A stretch of DNA of 64,000 bases from Monocercomonoides exilis PA203. Taxonomy: Eukaryota; Protista; Preaxostyla. Below the pieces are notes generated by a model. The model searched no databases. It was not told the origin of the DNA and was given only the letters and a program-made list of their open reading frames with translations. Numbering within the stretch: the first letter of the stretch is position 1; every line of letters starts with the position of its first letter. Made by a program: the position numbers and the translations under genes. Below are positions 42,501 through 52,569 of this stretch, one piece after another. The DNA is taken from contig LSRY02000038.1 in NCBI GenBank assembly GCA_001643675.2, positions 682,001 through 746,000 of the forward strand, in the 5' to 3' direction.

Positions 42501-44140
42501 AGGAAGAGGAAGAGGAAGAGGAAGAGGAAGAGGAAGAGGAAGAGGAAGAGGAAGAGGAAGAGGAAGAGGAAGAGGAAGAGGAAGAGGAAGAGGAAGAGGA
42601 AGAGGAAGAGGAAGAGGAAGAGGAAGAGGAAGAGGAAGAGGAAGAGGAAGAGGAAGAGGAAGAGGAAGAGGAAGAGGAAGAGGAAGAAATAGAGGAAGAG
42701 GAATACAGCAAAGAGGAAGCATAAGAAGATGTAGAAGGCGATAAAGATGAAGAATACGAGGTGATTGAGAAATGTGAAATCAGTCGATGTAAATAATGAA
42801 AAGGACGTTGAGAAGGCTTCATATGATATTACCAACGGAATGAAATATTTTCTTCAATGAGTTGATTTGAGATAGAGTAGATAATCGAAAACACAATATT
42901 TGTGACGAACAGATCGTGGAAATCAATATTGCTGCATATTTCCAAAGTCAATTGACTTTCTTTCTGTCGCTGTTCCGCCTTTCCCCTCAGAAACAGAAAA
43001 TGAATATATCTTTCAACTTCGTTTCCTTTCCATTTCCCTCTTCCGTTCAATCCACAAATTTCTCAGAAAATATTAATCTCTTCCTTTTCTTCAGCATTCT
43101 CGGTCTCTTCCAAAAAATCTCCTCCTCCTCTCTTCTCCTCTTATTAAAAATCTCTCATGTATGTCTTTGAGCATTTATCCTCTTCTTTCCCGCTTTAGCC
43201 CTCTTTAATTTCTCTTCAAAATCCATTTCTTCAACCAGTCTCAAATGTCTCCCTCTCCATCCCCAACTTTCTTTCTATTCTTTTACTATTTCACCTTCTC
43301 CAAATCTCGCCCCGCCTTTCCCAATCCCTTTGTCTCAGATTATCTTTCATTCAAAAACCCCTCTCGAAATATTAACATTCCAAAAAATACTCAACTCCCA
43401 CCCCCGGCCACAAATAATCCTCTTCCATTTCCTCTCTTCCCCATACCCCTCCTGTGCCTGGTGTTGATGGGATAAACACGAAATGTTGTTTGGGTGGTTG
43501 AGAACATTATTAAAGGAGAAGATCATGGCCGAAACAGAAAAACACCGCTGGACAGTCACCACATTGCCGATGGGCCGAGAAGACCCTCCAGCGAGATGCA
43601 TGCAATATTTTGTGGAGATGCAACGCAAGTTGCAATTTGACCATTCTGAGGCTGATGCCTTGAAGAGATTGTTTTTTTGAATGGGGATGGCTGTGGAGAT
43701 GAGGCTGTTTGGCAAAATACAGGAGAAATGGAGTTTGGCATTTATTTATTTTTGTGTATATGATATTTGGGCATTGACAATTTTTGTGTTTGTTCCAGGG
43801 CAGGAGGTGGAAATGAATGAAAATGAATGAAAGCGGGATAAGTCGTTATGGAGGGTGACGACCGAGCTGGGAGAGCAGATTCATATGGAAAGTGCACAGG
43901 ATGGAGGGGTTGGGAAGGGAATTGGAGATGATATTTTGTGATGAAAAACAAGGAGTTTTGTTGAATGATGAGGGTGGAATTGAGCAGAATACATAAATCT
44001 CACATTTTTCAGAATGGAGGGGAATCGAAGCAGTTGGGGGAAAAAAGACTTTTGGAAAAGATGGTTGACGAACCATGCGAAAATTGTTGAAAATTAATTG
44101 TTTTCAACAAATATGTTAAGATTTTCAAAATCTTTATTCA
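39560..44140 (-). pseudogene. Decayed member B of the same uncharacterised family as 18230-23150
   Basis: Collinear homology blocks with copy A in coding-like regions and in both flanks; many stops. Boundaries approximate. Confidence 0.55.
42329..42682. repeat. (GAAGAG)59 perfect hexamer array (poly-Ser, TCT TCC, on the minus strand)
   Basis: 354 bp of uninterrupted hexamer. Confidence 0.95.
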
Positions 44141-44728
44141 AATTTCTTTTCAAAAACATTGTTAAACAAATAATTATTTAAAAATTTGATTGATTGCGTT
44201 ATGATCATTATTGTATTCATGTTTTATTGAGGATTGAACAAAAGTTTTGACCTGTTTATTAAAGTTTCGTTATTTTTTGGATATATTTCATTAATTTTTC
44301 ACATATTTTGAAATAAAAACAATTTGTAACAAATTAAAATCAATGAACAAATTATAATAACTATATATAAAGCTGTATTTTCATAGTATTTTTTATGAAT
44401 TTTTTCTTATCAATACAACCCTTAATGGAATAATTTTTTGATTAAACGTCGGATTTTTTTATGATGTCAAAAAAAATCACCCAAATGAAGTTTTCGTAAT
44501 GGTTTATTTTTTCGTACATTTTTATTAATATGGGAATCTAAAAAGAAAAAAAATTCTAATTTCGTAATTGCGAGTTTTTTTGTGAAAAAAAGAACACCAA
44601 CAATAAACATAGTCAACTTACTCTCTCTTGATAATTTTACTGGAATTTTCTTGTTTTCTTTCATCTCCAGAATTGTCATCAAAAAAACTCTTTTTCCAGA
44701 TATTTTTCTTTTTTTAGGTTTTTCATCC

Positions 44729-46130
44729 TCAAATTGTTTTTTTCCACAATTTCTTCATTATACTCATTCCTTTTCTTCTCTTCTTTCGTTTTTTTATTTT
44801 TCCATTCATCCAGATGATCATGGTTATAATTTTCCCATGAAAATCAAATCTATGGTTCCTTTTCTTCAGTGCGACAGAAGGCTCATCCGGCAACGAGGAA
44901 AGAACAGAATGCCATTGGTTTGACAATACTCCACTTTTGACAAACGAAGAAATAATTGTTACTGGCAATAATGAAGTTTGCAGAGCTTGAGGAAGAGCAT
45001 CTGCAATTGCTTTTCTTTGAAGAGAGACAGATGAAGAAGAAAGAACAACATGGTCAGTGTTAAAACATTTTTTGAAGACGACAAATACTCCATGATCGAA
45101 AGGCTGGGTGAGGTGTGCGCTGTGGGGGATGAAAGTTACCACATCGATGGAGGCATCGGAGAATTTTTGCCAAATGTCGGGCTGTGCTCTCGATGGATGA
45201 GAGTCCAGTAGTAGAAGGCATCTTTCATCTTCTTTTTCCAAAAGTGTTCGTCTTTCCACAATTCCTGGAAGGAGAACATCTTCTGCATACATTCTGAATA
45301 TTGCATCGGTCATCCAACCATCGTTGTCTTCCCAAATATTAATTGAAGAGCTGAGCATTACACGCAGTTCAGCTGGAATCTTCTTTGAAGGCCATAAAAC
45401 GATACTTTTTAAAGAAAAACCGTCTGCAGCAGCTGTAATACACAATGTGGCGTTTGGCATGTTCATAGGTGTCTTGTTGAATCCAGCAGGTGTATCGGAA
45501 GGATGAACAACAAGCTTTTTTGCCGAATCGGAGAGGCGAAGGGAAGATTCGTCTGTATTGAATATCAATGAAGTTGAACAGTTGTTGGTGTCATGAAGAT
45601 TTTGTAAAAGGTTATAAAATCGCTGGAGAGTCTGTTTATTTGACACAGATAATTGTTGAATGTCAACGTTTATTGAAAGAGATACTTTGAGTTGAGGATT
45701 CCTTTTGATGAATGAGTAGGGTGATGACTTTGAAATTTCAACTTCTTCTTTTTCTTCTTCAAATAGATCTTTTTGCCTGTCAGAAATGACAGATTCCATC
45801 TTGAAAAAACAATTAATAACATGTAGATAATAATCAAAAACGTAAACAAACTAATTGTTTCATTTGAGAAACAGAAATGCTCACTCCACTTGAACTTTCA
45901 CAGCGGATGACTTCCTCTACTGTTTTCTTTTCTTCATCTGTTAGTAGCTCTGTGTGACCTGTTTTGCCAACTTTCCTTTTATTTTCCAAAGCTGTAATCG
46001 CTCTGTTAATTGCGGAACGGCTGAATTCATGTAGATTCACTGCATCAACTATCCTTGCTTTTCCATCAAAAATAATCCTTGCCATTCGTTCCAAACGGTT
46101 TTCGAAATGTCTGTAATCAAATGACATCAT
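44729..46130 (-). CDS. pogo-type DD35D transposase (HTH + DDE_1); 2 exons (46130-45852, 45799-44729); probable frameshift in the C-terminal tail
   Basis: 52-nt phase-0 intron GTTTGT...CAAG (45851-45800). Triad FNTDES / LLDSHPS / QPFD with 35 residues between D2 and D3; GWMT and P.S.HL.QP.D motifs. After GKIIT (~44823) similarity to copy 2 continues in another frame. Confidence 0.8.
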
Positions 46131-46307
46131 CTGATTTCGAATATTAATTTATCCTTTTTCTTTTTTATTTTTGATAACACTCATTTCAAAAAATATTCTG
46201 GTTATGATCTTTTTTTTAATTTTTAAAGAAAAAATATTTTTTGAGATGGAAAAAAATTTAAAAAATAAATTTCGATCAAATTCTAACTTAATTAGCCCCA
46301 TTGCATT

Positions 46308-46398
46308 TACCTAATCTCCTCAGGGGAGGCACTAATCAGAGATGGAGGAGCTAACCCCCCCATCTCCCCCCCCCCCCCCCCCCATCAGAGATTAGGTA
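46308..46398 (-). promoter_or_regulatory. Conserved nested stem-loop upstream of pogo transposase 1
   Basis: Outer stem TACCTAATCTC/GAGATTAGGTA, inner stem GAGATGGGGGG/TCCTCCATCTC on the sense strand; homologous to 48262-48328. Confidence 0.6.
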
Positions 46399-47005
46399 GA
46401 GTAATTCAATCTGAAATTCTGATTACCGACTTTTCCTTATATACTGAAAACAATTATAAAAATAAGAAAAGTGGGTGGTAATAATTTGTTATTAAAAATT
46501 TTGTCAAAAAAAAGTGCGGATAGAAAAACCATCCTATATGATTTTTTTCTTCAGAAAATAATACAATGTATTCTTTGACTTTTATGTTACATCCGTTTTC
46601 ATATTCGTTTTGACCTTTTAAATGGTTACTAACTGTTAATAATATTCCTTTGTTGAAAATCAAATAAATGAAGAATCACTAATCTTGCCTTTTTTTCAGT
46701 AATTTTTGATCCTGAATAATTCATCTCTATATTACTCGAAATTCCGAGCAAATATCGTTGAATAAGTTGTTTGCATGGGGCAAACATAGATTCATTTATA
46801 ATAACATGAAATATTGAATTTTAATTTCTTATTTGATTAGTACTTTTAATTAAAATGCAAAATAAATCATTCGTTTCTGATTTTTAGATTCAAATAATAA
46901 ATTATGTCCAAAATCACTTTCGTTTCCATATGCAACATTCGTTTATTTTTTCATTTCTTTTCATTTCAATATTATTTCAAAAAAATACTTGTTCTAAAGG
47001 GTTAG

Positions 47006-47978
47006 ACTTTCATTCTGAACTTTTTTTTTTAACTCTGACCCTGTTTTTTACGGAGCTGGACACAGCTTAATGCAAGCTCGTAGCCAACAAAAAATAGCTA
47101 GAAATGTTCGTTCTAATATATTCTATTTATTCAGAATTTTTTTTTCAATATATTTTTTTTGCTAAGAGATCTCAGTATTTTTTTATTATATTTTTTGATT
47201 ATTAAACTGATGGTCTCTCTATGAGTATTTGATATTGGAAGTTTTAAGCTTTAATGTCATAATATGACATATCTTTTTTTTTATTTTTATAACTTTACAT
47301 ATCTCACAAGTTGCTTTTTCACTCGTTTTCACATTTCATCAGTTTTTAGAAAAATACAGTTTTATAAAGAATTAAAAGCATTCTTCATTTTCTTTTAACA
47401 ATACCAAGTTACAAACACAACTTATTATAATGCAATATTATAATCTTTCGCTATTTATGTTTGATTAATACGAAAAATGAAAATTAGCGAAATGTTTTTT
47501 TTCCATTTTTCAGCTAAAAATCAAAATTGTACAACTTTTTTGTGGATCATTGTAATTTGCTTTTAAAAATATATAAAGGATAACCTTTTCAAATTTATCA
47601 TAAGTTCATTGTTCCTTTTTAAAAATGATTTTTACCAAAAATTGATAAAATGTGAAAACGAGTGAAAAAGCAACTTGTGAGATATGTAAAGTTATAAAAA
47701 TAAAAAAAAAGATATGTCATATTATGACATTAAAGCTTAAAACTTCCAATATCAAATACTCATAGAGAGACCATCAGTTTAATAATCAAAAAATATAATA
47801 AAAAAATACTGAGATCTCTTAGCAAAAAAAATATATTGAAAAAAAAATTCTGAATAAATAGAATATATTAGAACGAACATTTCTAGCTATTTTTTGTTGG
47901 CTACGAGCTTGCATTAAGCTGTGTCCAGCTCCGTAAAAAACAGGGTCAGAGTTAAAAAAAAAAGTTCAGAATGAAAGT
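47006..47978. mobile_element. Non-autonomous foldback/MITE-like element with 331-bp perfect inverted arms, related to the pogo termini
   Basis: 47006-47336 is the exact reverse complement of 47648-47978. The left end is preceded by GGGTTAG and contains TTTTTTAACTCTGACCCTGTTTTTT, similar to the pogo copy 2 5' end (TTTTTTTACTCTGACCTGTTTTTT). No ORF; no clean TSD. Confidence 0.75.
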
Positions 47979-48261
47979 ATAATCCAACTTTTCCCATCAT
48001 TGGAAAATCAGTTGTTTGATTTGAAAATTCGCCACATTCCTTAGAAACCTGACAATATTCTTGTGTTGCCGATGCAACGCAGCTGTCATCTCTTTGCTCA
48101 ATGCCTTCATCTTCTAGGGTTACGATTCTTTCCCCACCATTTTTTTACTCTGACCTGTTTTTTTATAACAAAAGTTTTATGTTCCACTTTTTGAAATAAT
48201 CACTTGATTTTTTGTATAAAAGGAATCTATATTATAGTTTTAAAATGTATTTTGAAATGAA

Positions 48262-48328
48262 GCCTATTTCTCATGGGGGGGAGATGGGGGGTTTAAAACC
48301 TTCCATCAAGCTTCCACGAGAAATTGGC
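48262..48328 (+). promoter_or_regulatory. Conserved nested stem-loop upstream of pogo transposase 2
   Basis: Outer stem GCCTATTTCTC-A-TGGGGG / CTTCCA-C-GAGAAATTGGC; inner stem GATGGGGGGTT/AACCTTCCATC; several G.U pairs. Confidence 0.6.
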
Positions 48329-48496
48329 CGGTTTCAAGGGGTGGAAAGCCACGTTGTTCATTCAAAATATAAATTTTTTTTTAATTTTTTTTATGAAATT
48401 CAAAATTTTTTAAAAAAATGAAAATTAGATCAAAACCTTAAAATAAAAAATGAAAATTCTCGTTGAACAAAAAAGAAAAGAAGGGAAAAAAAATTA

Positions 48497-50027
48497 ATGT
48501 ATGCCATGCTATCCTTTCGTTATAGAAAATATAAAAATAAATTGGAGCGCATGGCACACATTGTATGTGATGGCGTCGTCAGGATTACAGACGCCATCAA
48601 TTCAAAGCAATTTAGTCGAAGCAGCATCAAAAACGCAGTTCGGGCGTTGCGAGCGAAAAGACAAGAAGGAAAACCAGGAAGATCGCAGGCTATCATCGGA
48701 GAGAAGGAAGAAACAGTGCTTGATGTTATCAGAATAGATTCTATTTGCGGAAGCAGTTTAACAATGAAGAAAACAAGAAAGTTGGTGTGTCCTAGTTTTA
48801 TTTTATTACAACAATGTTTTTTGTTAAGATGGAAAATGTGTTAAACGATACAAAAATCGAAGATGAGGCACATTCCAAGGTTTCAAAAGCAGCGGAGTAC
48901 GGGTTTTTGAAGCGGCATCCTGAGTTAAGGAAGAGCAAACCAAAAAGTTTAGACATAAATCGGCTAGCAGTGTCTAGTATAAGTGTCCTGAAGCCTTGGT
49001 ATCAGATGATAACAGAATTACACGAAGAAAACAACTGCAATCTATCATTAATATTCAAAATTAATGAATCTTCTTTGCATGTGCCCTTATCCGTCAATAT
49101 CAGGGTTATCCATCCATCAAACCAAAGCACCTGGTATTGTAAGGAAGCACAAAGAATGGACAACGCGACACTCGTTGCTGCGGTGGCTGCCGATGGTTAT
49201 TCCCTTCCTGGTGTTATCCTCTGGCCGGCTGTTCATCTTCCCGATGAACCGAAACCCCTTCTCTCCCCAACTCTTGGCATCTGGCCTAACAAAAGTGGCT
49301 AAATGGACAAGAAAAACTTCAAAAAATATTCTGAAACAATTCTTCAACCTTCCATCGTTGAAAGAAGAAAGCGCATGACACTCGAAACAGAGAAATGCCT
49401 TCTTTTCATCGATTCTCATCCTTCAAGAAGAGATTCTTTGCAAAAAATAACATAGACATCGTAACATTCATTCCACACAGCACTCATTTATCTCAGCCAC
49501 TAGACAGAGGAGTATTTGCAACTCTCAAAACTTCTTTTTCTTCTTCATTTGATGTTCCTTCATCAACCTCATCTTCTGCTTCGAGAAAAGCACTTGTCGA
49601 TGTGCTTCCTCAAGCAATTCACTCCGCTTTCACTCCTTCTGTCATCAAAAAAGCTTTTAAAGAAAGCGGAGTTCTTCACAATTCATTCAGTCCGGTTCTT
49701 CGCAAACTACCGGAATCATCAAAATACCCTCTTCCTTCCCATCGAAACCGTTTTGATTATTTTGGTAAGTTGATCACAAAAATAGAACTTCTCGATGATT
49801 GGGAAATATTTTTTGGGAGAAATGAAGAAAAGGAGAAGGAAAAAGAGATGAAAAAAGAGAAAGAAATTGAAAAAGATGAAATGGTTGAATTTACTCACAA
49901 AATCAAAAGAAAACGTTCTGATGTTGTTTTTGATGATCCAAACGAAGAGGAAAATGAAGAGATGCAAAGAAAACCAGGAAAAAGAAAGATTGTTCGAAGA
50001 ATTGATTCGTCTTTTGTATTTTATTAA
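48497..50027 (+). pseudogene. pogo-type transposase, inactivated; 2 exons
   Basis: 44-nt phase-0 intron GTGTGT…TAAG (48785-48828) at the same position as in copy 1. First catalytic D is changed to N (FKINES); TAA at the GWM tryptophan (49300-49302); deletion/frameshift after DSHPSRR; QPLD retained. Confidence 0.85.
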
Positions 50028-52569
50028 ACTTTTCAAAATTTTTCATATCAAAAATTTGGGTCAGAATAAAAAAACGGGTTGGGGTTAAATGATAACCCTA
50101 CATCTTCTTCAATAGGAGCAGGATATTAATCTTCTTCTTCATTCCAAAAGTGAAGAAGCGAAGAGAAGAAGGCAGCATGGGATGAGCAATAATTATCATC
50201 GTCATCAAAATTGGTTTCTACAATTAATCCTTCAAATGCCTCGGTGGTGGCAATGTCATACACGCCTGCAGCAGCAATGGACAACATCGAGAGGAGGCTG
50301 CGAATTGTTGTATCTGAAGGAGGTTGGATGCGTGCAAATCAAAAGAAAATTTTCCTGAGAGCGCTGCTGTCGCCGCGGGGTTATGTTGTGGTACTTTCGG
50401 CGATGCTTTCAGTCCAGCTGGTGGTGCAGCTTCCATCAATTGTTTCATCAGTGGGTACGAAGTCGGGGAGCAAGCGGATCTTTGCGGTGGTGGATGTGAA
50501 TGCGTTCCTGTAGATTTTTAGATATGTTTGATCCATCGCTGCTTCCATCGTAGATACTTCAGTTAATGGTGAAGCTGGACGACGAGGTGATAGGGCGAGG
50601 GGTTGCAGTGTGCTAAGTGAAGGAGATTGAGGAGAAGGGGCTGGTGGCGGCTGGGATGAGGATGGAGGATGTGGTTCTTGCGCTGGCGGCGATTGCGCTG
50701 GCGGTGCTGGAGGAGCGAAAAAAGGAATAAAAAGAAAAGGAAAAAGAGTCAATCGACGAAAATGGAAAGAAGAAGAAGAGGAAGAAGGGGAGGAGCTGAT
50801 GGAGGAGAAAGAGGAGAGGTAGAGGGAGAGGAAGTACAGATTTTGGATGTTAAAAATGAATATTAACCGAACAATTTTATCCAAGATGTGAAAATCTGTT
50901 TGATAGCAGTGAGAATGAGAGATGGTGAAATTATCCAGTGACAATGACGATGATAGGGGCGTTTGTTGAGCTGCGTACGTGACAGGATATAATTCAATTT
51001 AAGTCAGTTGATGAAGCGAAAATTATGTCGAATTAGACAAAGAGCATCACGTTAATTGGGGAGAAGCTGTTTGGGAGGAGGGAGTGAATGAGAATGGGGT
51101 GGGAGTGGATGCTTGGCATCATATGGAGGATAGTTGCATTTTAATTCGGACAGGCAGAGAGAGACGATGGACGAGTTTGTTGCGATTGGGGCGATTGTGC
51201 TTCAGGAAAGTGTGCCATCGATAGCTCTTTGGGATGCGACGTTTGAGATCGGGCAAGTGCGCCATAGAAAAGGGATGATTGAGGAGTTTTGTGTTTCGTA
51301 TTGTGTGTTTGCGTACGAGTGGGAGTCGCTGCTGATGTGTGCAGTGGATCTTTCTGTGGGTCCGCCGGCAGCGTCATCGGAGTTCCGGTGGATGTCGTAT
51401 CTCCTGCAGGGGGGCATCGAGATAGTGTCTGGAAACTACCTGCTTCCGCGCCGCGCCGGCACTGCTGCTTTGCACGCGCGCACTCCCTCCTCTGATCCTG
51501 CACATTCTGCATCTGCTCGGCCTCAGGCCTCTTCGAGTGGAGCACACAGGTATACCTCGCTTCGCCATGTGGTGTGTGTGCAGAGAGTGTCTTCTCAGCC
51601 GGCATCTGACCCATCTGGTACCTGTGCACAAGTGTGTGCCTGTCTCTCCCCAGAGGCAACACTCAGCTTTGTGATAGTGCAGCCGTTCTACCAGCCGGAG
51701 CTGTCGCGTGTGCCGCACTGGCAGTTGTCAATATTCTTTTGGGGGCATAGCATCATAGCATTTGGTTAAGAAAGAAAGTTGAAAAATACAGATACTGTTA
51801 AAAGGGCATCTCATCACAGGGATTGTGGGGTTTTGTAGGGCGAGAACAGTCTATTTGGGTTGCGATGCGGACGGCTGCAAGTGGGCTGGAGAAGACGATC
51901 TTGCCAAGTTTTGATCTGTATGTTAAATGAATGTTATCCAATAAGGTTTGAAAGAAGAATGATGAATATGAGGGATTTTTGGCGAGGAAATAGTTTGACC
52001 AGATGAATATGATTCCAAAGATGTCAAAGGAGAAGTTTGATAGAAAGGAAGGGAGGCAACTCTCAGGGTGAAGTTGCATTTGGAAAACAGACCCAGGCAT
52101 TTAGCGATGAAATAAAATAACGAGCAGACGGAAACCAATGTGCGAATGAGAAGAATAGATTTGTGGTAAAGATGAGTTTAGCAACAAGGAAAATTGTGCA
52201 TTTGCAAAGGGAAAGCATTGATGGATTTCACGAAGTTGAATAAACAATGGAATTTTGAAGAATATCACTGATGTTTCAATAATTTTTAATTTGAAAAAGA
52301 ATTACAATTGTTGAAGTAGTGGCTCTTTAAAATAGCGCATTTTTTTTTCATTTTTCATCGATTCCTAGTTTATGTTTCAAAATGGAAATTAATATGCAAC
52401 TTCTTCATTGTGAAAAATAAACATTTGAATTTTATCTTTAACCTGAAGAAAATTCTATTGAATTAATGATCGTTTTCTTCTCAAAACTTGGTGATGTCGC
52501 ATTAACAAGATATGATTTGGCAGGAATAAAAAAAACAAAAAAAAAAAACCTTAATGATTTAAGAATTTT

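Larger units (their letters stand above)
44498..46534 (-). mobile_element. pogo-superfamily (Tc1/mariner-related) DNA transposon, copy 1
   Basis: Transposase ORF. The 5' terminus GGATGG at 46534 is preceded by TA, and its subterminal sequence aligns with the 5' end of copy 2. The 3' TIR near 44498 is degenerate and uncertain. Confidence 0.7.
48117..50098 (+). mobile_element. pogo-superfamily DNA transposon, copy 2 (1,982 bp), with TA TSD
   Basis: TA|GGGTTA…TAACCC|TA (TSD 48115-48116 and 50099-50100); imperfect ~40-bp TIRs sharing TTTTTTTAYTCTGACC; internal transposase. Confidence 0.9.
47986..52290 (-). pseudogene. Decayed hypothetical gene interrupted by pogo copy 2
   Basis: Removing 48117-50098 plus one TA gives a continuous frame, YPAPIEEDV-EDEGIEQRDDSCVASATQEYC…. 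The gene has other in-frame stops. Confidence 0.55.

Noticed and set aside
42329-42682. CRISPR-like array, or real poly-KR / poly-LF / poly-LP proteins
   Set aside because: A pure hexamer microsatellite without spacers; the ORFs in all frames are by-products.
46999-47985. Foldback element as a Mutator (MULE) with a 9-bp TSD
   Set aside because: No matching 8-10-bp direct repeat in the flanks; the terminal motifs match the neighbouring pogo family instead.
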